From the IMG/VR virus record IMGVR_UViG_3300022719_000284, positions 90,827 to 154,826 of that record: 64,000 bases of DNA; one strand, 5' to 3'. A program made the position numbers and the translations under genes. The stretch's first letter is position 1, and each line of letters begins with the position of its first letter. The stretch is from a virus. Lineage: Duplodnaviria > Heunggongvirae > Uroviricota > Caudoviricetes. Below, in pieces: positions 1-10,315 of this stretch. A model generated the notes under the pieces. The model did not search any database, was not told where the DNA came from, and saw only the letters and a list, made by a program, of their open reading frames with translations.

Positions 1-5
1 AATGG

Positions 6-530
6 ATGACTGGGCATTCCGGTGTAATACAATCTAGACTTTTGCCATTAATTACTTTTTCGGAATTCGAATTAGAAATCCAATACAGTAATCTAGTCGC
101 GTCGAACAATACTGGCCCGTTTGTTTCCCCTGACTCAACAGTATTAGTTGGTTTATCGTGGTATGATACAAATGATCAATTCATGAACACTGTTGGTTTA
201 ACATTTTTACCTGCGGGGAATCCATCCCCAGCAATTATAGATTTATCAGTGGTCGGTGCTCCCCCGATAGGAGCTGTTGGGTTTAGAATAGACTTTTTAA
301 GCGTTGATCCTGATGGGGCGGCTACTTTCGAAGGGCTAGAAATTAGAAGAAAAGGGGATGTACTAAAGGGTGCTGACGCAAAAGATCATGTAGTTTGGGC
401 CAAACAAAGCGGGGGCTATCCCAACCCTAGAGCGTCTACCAATTCTGGCTTGTCTTTTTCTGGGGCAAATGGATTCTGGTCCATTGAATCCGGTGAGCAT
501 CATTATTTCAAAATCATAGGAGCTTCCTAA
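6..530 (+). CDS. C-terminal part of a structural (fibre/baseplate-like) protein; the reading frame is open to the window edge, so the true start is probably upstream of the window
   Basis: 174-aa ORF; frame is open from position 3. Gly/Ser/Asn-rich, beta-rich composition like the neighbouring fibre genes. Confidence 0.4.
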   Translation: MTGHSGVIQSRLLPLITFSEFELEIQYSNLVASNNTGPFVSPDSTVLVGLSWYDTNDQFMNTVGLTFLPAGNPSPAIIDLSVVGAPPIGAVGFRIDFLSVDPDGAATFEGLEIRRKGDVLKGADAKDHVVWAKQSGGYPNPRASTNSGLSFSGANGFWSIESGEHHYFKIIGAS

Positions 531-550
531 AAGGACGTTATCTCTTAAAG

Positions 551-865
551 GTGAGCTTTATAGGGCCAAACAGGGAGGGAAACGTGCGACTTTTCGTACT
601 AGATACAGAGTATAAAGCAGTAATGGGTCAACAAACTCGTTTTTATTCCCTAGACGAGGCCATTGAAGCTGCTAGCAAATATACCAAGGTCAGGAATAGA
701 CCTTTAAAGGTATGGGAATATCGTGAAGGTGTTCGAGCTTTGGCTGGTTGTGTTTTGCCAGATGGAACCCTAGTTAAACCCCCAAAAGAAATCATTTCTG
801 TAGTGGAAGCTCTAGTAGAGCGGGGGCATGAGGATCTTGCTGACGATTTGCTAAACCAAAAGTAG
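551..865 (+). CDS. hypothetical protein (104 aa), GTG start
   Basis: ORF tightly packed between structural genes; no recognisable motif. Confidence 0.35.
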   Translation: MSFIGPNREGNVRLFVLDTEYKAVMGQQTRFYSLDEAIEAASKYTKVRNRPLKVWEYREGVRALAGCVLPDGTLVKPPKEIISVVEALVERGHEDLADDLLNQK

Positions 866-880
866 CATTAGGAGTAAAAG

Positions 881-1318
881 ATGGCAATTACTATTAGCGC
901 TGCGATTACAGATCGTGGTCGCGCCGCATTTGCAGACCAAACAGTTAAAGGCACCTCTTTTATTGTAAATCAATTTGAAGTAGGTAACGGTGGTCACGAC
1001 GTTGGAAATCCTATTGTTGCTCTTACACCTGACACATCCTTAGCAGATCTTCCTGGCGTTACTTTTGGGCCCGAGCCTATCGATGAGTCGGGTCTTCCTA
1101 ACGATCTATTTACACCTGAATTCCTCTGTGCTCTGCAACAAAATGAGGCTGTTGGAGAACTTTCCAATATAGGTCTCATTGCTACCTATACGGATAGCGC
1201 TGAAAACGTAGCTGACGGTGTAGCTGGAACTCAATTTTTGTTCGCTATCGGTAATTTCCCGCTAAGAGTCAAAGTAGACACAGAAGTAGTAGAATTTTTA
1301 GTATCAATTATATTCTAA
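881..1318 (+). CDS. small tail-fibre-like protein (145 aa) with a P2 gpH-like N-terminus
   Basis: N-terminus 'AITISAAITDRGRAAFADQTVKG' resembles the conserved N-terminus of P2 gpH-type tail fibres. C-terminus shares an 'AIGxFP' motif with ORF 7275..8414. RBS-like 'aggagtaaaag' upstream. Confidence 0.5.
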   Translation: MAITISAAITDRGRAAFADQTVKGTSFIVNQFEVGNGGHDVGNPIVALTPDTSLADLPGVTFGPEPIDESGLPNDLFTPEFLCALQQNEAVGELSNIGLIATYTDSAENVADGVAGTQFLFAIGNFPLRVKVDTEVVEFLVSIIF

Positions 1319-1328
1319 GGGGGAAACT

Positions 1329-4076
1329 TTGGCTCTTAGACCGCTTTTACGGTTTCAAAACGCAGACAGCACTAAGGATCTAAATGATAGATTCTTAGTT
1401 TTTAATAAAGGTGTTTTTTCTGGGGGAGATGTTCAACCAGTTCCTGCTAGTTTGACTGTCAGACTTACTAGATTTGCTGCTGTGGGCGCTGACGGAATGT
1501 TTGTCCGCGAAGATGACGAAGAAAATATACTTTCAGTAGTAGACGGTGAAAAGAATTACATTGTTCTTCGTTCTCGATATTTAAATAACTCAGAACCAAT
1601 AGTTTCTATAGAATCTCTTATCGAGTCCGATTATCTTAGTGACTCAGAGCTTCAATACCTGATATTGTTTGCCGTAGTAGACGTACCTGCGTCCTCTGTA
1701 GCTGTTACACAGAGTATGATAGACTACACGGATCGAGACGAAGTTGATCCTCTAGGACGCTTAACTTTTAGAGGCAGAGTTACTAATACCGGGGCACTTC
1801 CGTTACCCAGCTCCAATATTTCTCGACCCGGTGATTTTTACGTTGTTACAGACGGAGTAGGCGATTTTCCAGAAATATGGGCATTTAACGGGGTTGAATT
1901 CAAAAACATTACTCAAGCCCAGACTATGATAAGTCTTCTAAATGATCACATTAATAATCTAACTAATAATAGAAAGCATCTAACTAATCTACAATTCGAG
2001 GCTGTGTTAGGGACCACAGGAACTCCCAGTGATGGCAATAGATTCGTTACCAATCTAGACGCTCGTGTTCCTTCCCAAAATGAAAATGATGCTCTCCAAC
2101 CAGATCCTACGAATCTATCTGGGGGAGTTCCTCCAAGCGACTCTAACCGTTTCGTTGCTGCTTCAAAGGTATTCGCTATTCCTGCTGAAAAGGCGTTTAA
2201 CGGGAATGCCACTATAGAACTTACTGATGCTGATGGCCCTATTTACGTAGGTGAGGGAGGACCCTCAACAGCTCAAGTATATTTTAACATTATGATGAGT
2301 GACACAACCGGAGAAAATTCGGATAAGGAATTAATCAATAGTCAATTCCAAAGTGTCAGAGTCACTGGAGTATTTACAGAGGCTAGCTTAACTAACGAGC
2401 TTAACCCGGCAGCTAATGGTCAAGTTGACGGACTAGGGTTTTTCTCAGGAGGATCTCTGTTTTTAGAGGTAAGCGATAAAGAAGCAACTCGACAAGCTGA
2501 TGTCAACTTTAGAATTGTTTACGCTAAAAGAACGTCTTTGGGTGATCTTCTACCAGAATCTTTCATTAAGAGAGGGCCACAATTTGGTCAAGTAGACCAT
2601 CGTGTTAACAAGCTTTTATCTGCGAATGTTAATGCACAGTTTCCAGATTCTATATGGGATGCAGGAACCTCTCCGGGTGACGTAATAGCTTTTAACGGAT
2701 CTCAATTTGTTCAACATAACATTGGATTAGGTCTGTTCCCTGTAGGAGTTAGGGGAAATTCTAATAATTTGATAATGGAAGGTCTTTATATATTTCCCGC
2801 ACCGACTACTTTTGGGGCAGGGAATGCAGTTTACGCCAGTAGCACTTCTCCGGGTGCCTTGTCAACTTCATCCAATGATAGGTTTATAGGAACTTTTATT
2901 TCTGATACTCAGTTACTTGTGAATATGAATGGGATTGGCATTTCTCCTTCGTCTTTTGTTCCCGGAATTTCTTTCCCTGCCAGTATGTTCGATGCAGCAC
3001 TTCTTCCTGGCGAAGTTTGTGCATTTAACAATGTTACTTCTGAATTTGAAAGATGGGATTTTTCTAACCCCACAAGTTCTACTCCTTGGCCTTTGGGAAT
3101 TCGAGGAAATAGCAATAACGTTATACAAGTTGGACTTTACACCGCCCCCGGCAACATATATGTGCAAGGAGTCCCACACTACGCCAGCACTTCTGTAGAC
3201 GGGCAAATAACAACAGCAGCTAACGATTATCTAGTTGGGCACGCTTTGTCTCCTACTTCCTTAATGGTTAACATGATAGGACAACCAAATTGGACTGGAG
3301 CAAGACAAGCATTTAGTGCTGAGCACAGTGATTCCAGTGGGGCTCATTCCGAGGGATCTGCTAGAACTTTTGTTGGGGTTTCTTCTGAAGCAGGTTCCGC
3401 AACTTCCGGAAGCCTTGCATCGTCTACTGGTATGGTGTTATTCGCTACAGATACTGGGCAAGTGTTCTTATGTACAGATGGATCAGCAGATACATGGGTG
3501 GAAATCAGCAGGTTTTCTGGACCTCTAGAAATTACCAACAGTTTAACAGTTAACGGAAATTTACGACTTCCTACCGGCATAATTGATGATACAAGCGGAG
3601 ATACCTTTAACGTGTTTTCGCATGCTGCTAGACATCTTGCCGGAGGAGAAGACCCTATATCTGGAGTTATAGGACAACTTCATTTAGATTTAGATAACGG
3701 AACTCAAGCTTTAAATAGCATAATAACAAATTTGTCAGCTCATATGTCTGTGAATTTTGATTTCACAGGTAGGTCATCTTTTTCCAGAATTGTGTGGATG
3801 GCTGTCGCTAATGTATCAAAAACTGGTGCAGCAGGTTCTCGAACTTATAGAGCTTCTACATTCATTGATGGAGCAGTCCAATCCGGTCCTTACACATCCG
3901 AGATTAACGAAATAGAATTGGCTAACGAAGAAGAAAACGGACAAGTAATTGTAATCGGGTCTAGAAGTAACTTAACCGCTGGACCACATACTTTGGATAT
4001 TCGAATGGCATCTGATGGAAGTGATGCCTCTACTCAAGACAGAATTCTTATAGTTCTTGACCTTGGACCTAACTAA
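1329..4076 (+). CDS. large tail-fibre protein, paralog A (915 aa), TTG start
   Basis: Collinear similarity to the downstream 949-aa ORF (shared N-terminus, 'QNENDAL/QDENDAL', 'FRIVYAKRTSLGDLLPE'). 'aagggggaaac' RBS before the TTG. Beta-rich Gly/Ser/Thr/Asn composition typical of fibres. Confidence 0.6.
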   Translation: MALRPLLRFQNADSTKDLNDRFLVFNKGVFSGGDVQPVPASLTVRLTRFAAVGADGMFVREDDEENILSVVDGEKNYIVLRSRYLNNSEPIVSIESLIESDYLSDSELQYLILFAVVDVPASSVAVTQSMIDYTDRDEVDPLGRLTFRGRVTNTGALPLPSSNISRPGDFYVVTDGVGDFPEIWAFNGVEFKNITQAQTMISLLNDHINNLTNNRKHLTNLQFEAVLGTTGTPSDGNRFVTNLDARVPSQNENDALQPDPTNLSGGVPPSDSNRFVAASKVFAIPAEKAFNGNATIELTDADGPIYVGEGGPSTAQVYFNIMMSDTTGENSDKELINSQFQSVRVTGVFTEASLTNELNPAANGQVDGLGFFSGGSLFLEVSDKEATRQADVNFRIVYAKRTSLGDLLPESFIKRGPQFGQVDHRVNKLLSANVNAQFPDSIWDAGTSPGDVIAFNGSQFVQHNIGLGLFPVGVRGNSNNLIMEGLYIFPAPTTFGAGNAVYASSTSPGALSTSSNDRFIGTFISDTQLLVNMNGIGISPSSFVPGISFPASMFDAALLPGEVCAFNNVTSEFERWDFSNPTSSTPWPLGIRGNSNNVIQVGLYTAPGNIYVQGVPHYASTSVDGQITTAANDYLVGHALSPTSLMVNMIGQPNWTGARQAFSAEHSDSSGAHSEGSARTFVGVSSEAGSATSGSLASSTGMVLFATDTGQVFLCTDGSADTWVEISRFSGPLEITNSLTVNGNLRLPTGIIDDTSGDTFNVFSHAARHLAGGEDPISGVIGQLHLDLDNGTQALNSIITNLSAHMSVNFDFTGRSSFSRIVWMAVANVSKTGAAGSRTYRASTFIDGAVQSGPYTSEINEIELANEEENGQVIVIGSRSNLTAGPHTLDIRMASDGSDASTQDRILIVLDLGPN

Positions 4077-6925
4077 TGCCTAAGAGAGCCCTATTAAAAT
4101 TTAGAAATCCAGACTCCACGAAAGACATCAACGATCGCTTTAGCGGTCTTTTCAACAAAGGTGTGTTTTTGGGGGGACAGGTTACCCCAGTACCGGGAGT
4201 CCTTCGTGTAGACGTAGCTCCATTTGCTACTGTTGGATCCGACGGGATGTTTGTTCGTGAGGATTCAGAGATAACAAGATTGGATGTATCTGCCGGAACT
4301 AAAAACTACATTGTAATAAGACAAGAATACATCGCAAATGGGGATCCAGTTGTATCTGTTGAATCTTTAACTGAGATAGAATTCAATGGTGATGGGGCTC
4401 CTGGGTTGCAAGGAGTCAATAACCCATCTCTTATAGTATTCGCTACTGTCAATGTCCCGATGGGGGCTAATTCTGTTGATTCCTCTCACATTTCGACAGT
4501 AGAGCGTAATTCAATTGATACATTAGGTCGTCTTGAGTTCAGAGGTGCAGTTGATGATGAAGTTGACCTCCCAGGATCTGGATTAAATGTAAACAGAGAG
4601 AACGATTTCTATATAGTAAGAAATGGGCCAAATAACGAGCCAGCACTTTACGCCTGGGATGGTGCAGATTGGTTTAATATGACCAATACTGGAGAAGTGC
4701 TTACCCTTCTTAACAATCATCAGGCCAACATACTCGAAGACCAAAAACATTTAACCGATATCCAAGCTGACTCTATGGCTTCCACAACCGGAGACGGTTC
4801 AGAAGCTGTTACTACTTCTGAAATTCCATTTTCTCTGCCCTTGGCTGAAGTTCTTATTTCCTACGATTCTCAAATAAGCGAGTTTGATATAGGAGAAGTT
4901 GTTAGTGGAGGTACAAGCAATGCTGAAGGAACAGTAGCATTTGATAGTACATCTGCAATAGGTGATGGTGTTATAGCTCTAAAAAATGTCACTGGAACCT
5001 TTCTAGACGGGGAACAAATTCTATCGGGGATAGATATTAGAGCCACTGTTAACGGGGATCAGATTCAGAATAGAGTGGTTTCTCAGCAAGACCCAAGAAT
5101 ACCCACACAAGATGAAAATGATGCTCTGTTGGGAAATTTTGTTAACTCCGACAGCCTTGAACCAGAGACACCCAGCGATACAAATAGATTCATATCTTCT
5201 TCAAAGATATTCGCAGCTCCCACAGAAATCTCTTTCCCAACAGCTCCCGCCAATATAGAGCTTGATGACACCGCAGGTCCTTATTTTGTAGGAAATGGGG
5301 CACAAGGGACAGCGCAGAGGTGGTTTAATCTGTATTCTTCTGATGTTTCTGAAGATTCTGAATACATAAATTCTGAATTTGGGCAGGTTATAATTACTCG
5401 TGTTTTAACTGGACCCAAAGGAGGGCCGCCCAGCGCAAACGAATTAAACCCATCTACAGATGGTAATGTAGATGCTCTAGGTTTTTACAATTCCTCTCCA
5501 TCTACAAGTTTATTCCTTGAAACAGATGAACCTGTTGATACAGCATTTAGAGTTTCATATGGAAAAAGGACTAGACTTGGAGATCTGCTGCCAGAATTAC
5601 TCATGTCTAGAGGTCCTGATGGTGGTCAAATAGATACTAAGCTAGCTAGACTTTTGCTTGGAACTCCAAATGCCATGTTTGGGGAATCTATCTTTGATGC
5701 TTCTATCTCCCCCGGAGAAGTTGTAGCTTGGAATGGATCTCAATTTGTTCTAGCTGACCCAAATATAGGGTTGACTCCGATCGGAGTTAGAGGAAATTAC
5801 AACAATTTAATCCAAGAAGGTCTATTTGTTTCTACTAACCCCGGAGCCTTTAGCCCGGGGCCACTTTATGCCGACAAAACCAACCTTGGTCAATTGACCA
5901 CAACCCCTAATGAATGGTTTATAGGGGTTGCTATCTCACAAACAAGCTTGCTGGTTAACATGAACTCTATCCCTCTTCAAGCAAGTGGGGCAGTTGTTAC
6001 GCCGGTAGCTTTTCCTTCAAGTATGTTCGATCCTACTTTGCAGCCTGGAAGAACTGTTTCCTACAATAGTGCAAACATGAGATTCGAGTTTGCAGATCCG
6101 GATGATCCATCAAGAATTCCTCTCGGTATTAGAGGAAACAACAATAACGTCATACAAAGTGGAGTTTATGTTTCTTCATCAGGAAATCCATTTACTCCCG
6201 GAACTAGATACTATTTTGGGCGCAGTTCCGAAGCAACTGCCGGAGTATTCACAACAGTTGAAAATGATTGGCCTCTCGGGGTCGCTATTGCTACAAATCA
6301 ATTGCTAGTAAATTCCACAAACTTCCCCATCCCGTCAAAATGGGATTCTGAGCACGATCCCGATTCTGGGTTTCACACGTTCGCTTCAGGTAATCAAGCC
6401 GCCCGAGACGGAATTTCTGGACCACAGGAAGGGCAAATCTTCATTAGAACAGATACCAATCCTCCTAGAATTGATTATTACAACGGAGCAGCATGGGAAG
6501 AAGCAACATCAGATAGAATAGATGTACCATCTGGAACCAAAATGATGTTTGTTCAAAATTTTGTCCCCACAGGTTGGACACTAGATGCTACTTTGAACGA
6601 TAGGGCTGTAATGATAACCAATGTAGAAGCGTCAGGTGGTAACACTGGCGGACAATGGATTATTACAGGTCTAACTGGTGATCCCCATGCCCTTACAATA
6701 AATCAGATGCCAGAGCACAACCATCCTATCATTGGTGGAGGTGGAGGAGAATTCAATTTCCCGTATAACACAAGCAATGTAGGTCCAACTACTGGTTTAG
6801 TCCCGTCAGATTTAGGGAGGCCCACTGAAAACGAAGGCGGCGGAGAATCCCATTCACACGGGGTAACCAGTGATGGTACTTGGAGACCAAGTTTTGTCAA
6901 TGTAATTGTATGCATTAAAAACTAA
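4076..6925 (+). CDS. large tail-fibre protein, paralog B (949 aa) with a C-terminal phage tail-collar-type domain
   Basis: TAATG overlap with the previous gene. N-terminal and internal motifs paralogous to 1329..4076. C-terminus ('GWTLDATLNDRAVMIT...MPEHNHP...SHSHG') matches the phage tail-collar / receptor-recognising fibre domain (PF07484-like). Confidence 0.65.
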   Translation: MPKRALLKFRNPDSTKDINDRFSGLFNKGVFLGGQVTPVPGVLRVDVAPFATVGSDGMFVREDSEITRLDVSAGTKNYIVIRQEYIANGDPVVSVESLTEIEFNGDGAPGLQGVNNPSLIVFATVNVPMGANSVDSSHISTVERNSIDTLGRLEFRGAVDDEVDLPGSGLNVNRENDFYIVRNGPNNEPALYAWDGADWFNMTNTGEVLTLLNNHQANILEDQKHLTDIQADSMASTTGDGSEAVTTSEIPFSLPLAEVLISYDSQISEFDIGEVVSGGTSNAEGTVAFDSTSAIGDGVIALKNVTGTFLDGEQILSGIDIRATVNGDQIQNRVVSQQDPRIPTQDENDALLGNFVNSDSLEPETPSDTNRFISSSKIFAAPTEISFPTAPANIELDDTAGPYFVGNGAQGTAQRWFNLYSSDVSEDSEYINSEFGQVIITRVLTGPKGGPPSANELNPSTDGNVDALGFYNSSPSTSLFLETDEPVDTAFRVSYGKRTRLGDLLPELLMSRGPDGGQIDTKLARLLLGTPNAMFGESIFDASISPGEVVAWNGSQFVLADPNIGLTPIGVRGNYNNLIQEGLFVSTNPGAFSPGPLYADKTNLGQLTTTPNEWFIGVAISQTSLLVNMNSIPLQASGAVVTPVAFPSSMFDPTLQPGRTVSYNSANMRFEFADPDDPSRIPLGIRGNNNNVIQSGVYVSSSGNPFTPGTRYYFGRSSEATAGVFTTVENDWPLGVAIATNQLLVNSTNFPIPSKWDSEHDPDSGFHTFASGNQAARDGISGPQEGQIFIRTDTNPPRIDYYNGAAWEEATSDRIDVPSGTKMMFVQNFVPTGWTLDATLNDRAVMITNVEASGGNTGGQWIITGLTGDPHALTINQMPEHNHPIIGGGGGEFNFPYNTSNVGPTTGLVPSDLGRPTENEGGGESHSHGVTSDGTWRPSFVNVIVCIKN

Positions 6926-6942
6926 TACACGGATTAATATTA

Positions 6943-7275
6943 ATGGCTGAAAAATACAAAAATGCTTGGAAATGTCACAAATGTCCTAGGTCTAACGATG
7001 AGAACGGATGCCCGGCTTGGAATGAAATCGTGATGACCGAAACCTCTACGGGGGAGCAAAAAATAGTCAAAGGATGCCACTTTCAACTTATGCCGTGGAT
7101 AATGACCGAAGCAATAAAAGCAACGACAGTGGCAACAGGAACTGCTTCAGACATCAAAAATGAAATAGCTAGGGGTTACTCTTTAATAGCTAAGGTGATA
7201 CCCGGGTTTGTAAAAGCTGTAGCAGAAGATGTCGAAAAAGATTCTAAGCTGATAACACCGGGAGAAGATGAATAA
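6943..7275 (+). CDS. small Cys-rich protein (110 aa), possible zinc-binding
   Basis: 'WKCHKCPRSNDENGCPAW...GCHF' cysteine/histidine cluster. RBS-like context; gene packed between fibre genes. Confidence 0.45.
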   Translation: MAEKYKNAWKCHKCPRSNDENGCPAWNEIVMTETSTGEQKIVKGCHFQLMPWIMTEAIKATTVATGTASDIKNEIARGYSLIAKVIPGFVKAVAEDVEKDSKLITPGEDE

Positions 7276-8414
7276 TGGGTTACTTACCTCCTGATTCAGA
7301 TGTTCCTGTAGCGCAATTAACTAAAGCAGGAAGAAGCCTTTTAGCTCGATCTATAGTTCCTAGATCTCAGCTTACTGGGTCAGAACCTGATCGTTCTTTG
7401 GTTACATTTCGTCTATCGGGGTTTGCCTTTGGTGATGGTGGCTACAGTCTAAGTTTACCGTTGGACGTAAACCCTATCAATGACACTACAGAACAAGCAA
7501 AAGCAACAGTTGCTGTACTAGATAATAGATTCGACGTAAATGATTCCTTAGTTATTAACGGTGTACCGTTTCCGGCAGGCATAGAAATTATAGCTTCTGG
7601 CGCAGCCAATGGTGGGACGGAGGCAGGTGGCCCTAATGGCGGTGGAACCCTTACAATATCTTCCGGATCCTTGGGTATTAATTCTTTCGTAGGGTCTAGG
7701 TTAAGGCTAACAGGGGGAACTCTTGCTGGGCTAGATGAAGTAATTATATCTAATGATAGTAACTCTTTCGAGATAGGAATTCCCCCCAACACAGGAAAAA
7801 CTTGGACCCAGGCTGGTGGAGGGGGAGCAACACCAGACATTACAACGCAGTGGCAGGTTATCACCAATAGCCCTGGTGGAGTAACTTGGGTTCCAGGCGA
7901 AAATGAAGAAGAAACAGCTCAAAATATAGCTGACGCAATAAATGCTTCAACTAATCCGTTGGTACAGAATGTCGTAAGGGCAACGGTAGAAAACGCTATA
8001 ATTACTGTCTCTGCGGTCGCTTCCGGAGATTTAGGTAATTTGAACACTTTGGTTGAATTCGATGAAGGAGGTTTAGCTGTAAATAATTTTGGAATTATTC
8101 CGGGAACAGGATTTTTAGATGGAGGGGCTAATCCAAATCTCGAAAACCCGGTATTTCCACCTGCTGCCCCTGGAACTATAGAAGATTTCTTAGATATAGA
8201 ATTCCCTAACCCTCAAGCTACTTCTCTTGTATGTAGGGCAGGGCAATCTGAAGGAAATTTTGGTCTTGGAGAGGTTGGTATTTACGTCGATATAATTGAT
8301 TCTGTAAACCCACAGGAAATAGGTAAACGAATATTGTACGCTATAGGGCATTTTCCAATAGTGTCAAAAAACTCTAAAAGTGTATTCGTAACGAGGGTTA
8401 TTACTCAATACTAA
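7275..8414 (+). CDS. tail-fibre-like protein (379 aa)
   Basis: ATGA overlap with the upstream gene. N-terminus 'VAQLTKAGRSLLARS...LTG' is gpH-like. C-terminal 'ILYAIGHFP' motif shared with 881..1318. Gly-rich beta composition. Confidence 0.5.
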   Translation: MGYLPPDSDVPVAQLTKAGRSLLARSIVPRSQLTGSEPDRSLVTFRLSGFAFGDGGYSLSLPLDVNPINDTTEQAKATVAVLDNRFDVNDSLVINGVPFPAGIEIIASGAANGGTEAGGPNGGGTLTISSGSLGINSFVGSRLRLTGGTLAGLDEVIISNDSNSFEIGIPPNTGKTWTQAGGGGATPDITTQWQVITNSPGGVTWVPGENEEETAQNIADAINASTNPLVQNVVRATVENAIITVSAVASGDLGNLNTLVEFDEGGLAVNNFGIIPGTGFLDGGANPNLENPVFPPAAPGTIEDFLDIEFPNPQATSLVCRAGQSEGNFGLGEVGIYVDIIDSVNPQEIGKRILYAIGHFPIVSKNSKSVFVTRVITQY

Positions 8415-8884
8415 TGGATATTACCACGATACTTTCAGATCTTCTTGTTATTGCGGATTCTCTTGAGCGAGAGGGATTTAAAGATGTAAGTGCAGATATA
8501 GATGCTGCATTATTTATCATGTCACAAGAAACTTCTTTGCCTCAAAATAAATCCTTGTCTTCAGTAGTGAAAGAAAATAAAGCCTCTCTAGAAAACGAAA
8601 CAGATGAACAGCTTGAGAAGATAGCAATAAAATCAGCTATAGAAATTAAAAGCCTAATGGAATCCGTACTACAACTAGATTCTGTAACAATGGCTGCTAT
8701 CTTAAAAAGTGCATCCCAAAGCATCAGGTCAGTGCTAGACCCAAATGGAGCGTTATCTCCAGAGGTAATAAAAGCTAGTGTTGAACTTCTTTCGGAAGCA
8801 GAAAAAAAATTACTTCAAAACGACGAATTAAATGGAGCTGGTTATCGAATTGAAATGATTCGAGGCCAAATAGAAAATGGCTAG
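8414..8884 (+). CDS. acidic, likely coiled-coil protein (156 aa); candidate fibre assembly/chaperone protein
   Basis: Start overlaps the upstream stop. Highly charged, helical composition; position immediately after fibre genes. Confidence 0.35.
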   Translation: MDITTILSDLLVIADSLEREGFKDVSADIDAALFIMSQETSLPQNKSLSSVVKENKASLENETDEQLEKIAIKSAIEIKSLMESVLQLDSVTMAAILKSASQSIRSVLDPNGALSPEVIKASVELLSEAEKKLLQNDELNGAGYRIEMIRGQIENG

Positions 8885-10301
8885 AGGTCGTCTCACAAGA
8901 TATCAACAGTTAGTTAGCGGTATTACTCCACACCATACGAATGTGGTAGTACAGCCAAGAGGGTTTCCTATATTCTCGGATCCTCTTTTGAAAGGGCAAG
9001 TTAGGTTTGCTAGAAAAACAGGAGCAGATTTTGCTCTTATCAATCCCGATAACGAAATCCTTTTATCGGCTTCTGCTCCTAAAAACACGCAAATTCTACA
9101 GTTAGACAGACCTAACAGGTGGATTGAGCTTGGAGCTATACTTTCCATAGGACCAGACGAAGAATTTGCAAAAATAAAAGATTTTAGCAATTCTACAATA
9201 ACTTTGACTAAACCCCTTACTGGAAATTTTACTGCTGAGAATAGAGTTCATTTGCTCGCTACCCCAATAGAACCTGGGCAGGACGTATCGGAAGGTTCTT
9301 CTACATTTGTAGTCAGAAGCAGATACCACATACTTGCTGGTGACAGGATTTCTATCGAAACAACACCAGGGCTTCTAACTAGCTTACTTGATTTTAAAGT
9401 ATCTAAGTCAAGGTTGTTAGATATAGTAGAAGGTTTTTCTCCATTTAGTCAATTTTTTGAAATCGAGCTGGAAACCCCCGTAACAATCGACTTGGTAGAG
9501 GGTGGTGCAAATCTATATCTTAAGGCACAACCCAGTTATTTAAGCAATCAAATATTTATTCCACAAGTTCCTGGCCAACCTGACGATATAGGTCCGTTTT
9601 TATTAGATTACGTATCGGGGGTACTTTTTGATCGTCCTAAGGTAGAAGAACAACTTTCAATAGAGGTTTTTGATAAATTAGGCAACTCAATTGTTAACGA
9701 TGGGGGTTTTCCTTCAAAAATATCTAAAAATTTTCCTATTTCTGAAATGCCTATTATGGCTGATTCTATTGTTCTATGGCAGGTTGCTGATGGATCCATG
9801 ACGTTTAGTAAACGAGGAACCACTCAAGAAATTTTAGCAATTTCTATATGTGATTCTAATGGTCAATTTCAGACGACTCAAGAAGTTGTTCCGTTTTTAC
9901 CTCCGGGAACGGAATGGAATGTTCCAGTAGTGTCTACCACACCTTGTACTGTAAAGGTAACATTTGTACCAAACAAATCACGAGAGTTTCAATTAGCTGC
10001 TAGGTCTCCAAGACAAATTCGTATAGGTACGGAACCTGATGAGCTTCCTACAGAGAGAATTGAAATAATAGTTATTGGAACTTCGGAAACTGAGGTTGAA
10101 TTTGGCAATTGGATTCCTACCCAAAATCAAGCTTTCTCTATGGTATACGGCTTAACAGCTAATGTTTTTGGTGACGCCCAATGGCAAGCTACAAATACCT
10201 TTCAAAAGCCTTATTTTTTAAATTTTGCTATGGGCTTGAAAGGAAGATTCGACTCTAACAGAACACCAAACCGCTTTGATGGCGGAATGCTTTATCTTTA
10301 A
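8877..10301 (+). CDS. structural hypothetical protein (474 aa)
   Basis: 8-nt overlap with the previous ORF (translationally coupled). No recognisable catalytic motif. Confidence 0.5.
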   Translation: MARGRLTRYQQLVSGITPHHTNVVVQPRGFPIFSDPLLKGQVRFARKTGADFALINPDNEILLSASAPKNTQILQLDRPNRWIELGAILSIGPDEEFAKIKDFSNSTITLTKPLTGNFTAENRVHLLATPIEPGQDVSEGSSTFVVRSRYHILAGDRISIETTPGLLTSLLDFKVSKSRLLDIVEGFSPFSQFFEIELETPVTIDLVEGGANLYLKAQPSYLSNQIFIPQVPGQPDDIGPFLLDYVSGVLFDRPKVEEQLSIEVFDKLGNSIVNDGGFPSKISKNFPISEMPIMADSIVLWQVADGSMTFSKRGTTQEILAISICDSNGQFQTTQEVVPFLPPGTEWNVPVVSTTPCTVKVTFVPNKSREFQLAARSPRQIRIGTEPDELPTERIEIIVIGTSETEVEFGNWIPTQNQAFSMVYGLTANVFGDAQWQATNTFQKPYFLNFAMGLKGRFDSNRTPNRFDGGMLYL

Positions 10302-10315
10302 GGTAGGACAGAATT

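Noticed and set aside
2909-3580. Several 70-97-aa ORFs on both strands inside fibre gene 1329..4076
   Set aside because: Embedded in a long gene whose paralogy with 4076..6925 supports the plus-strand frame.
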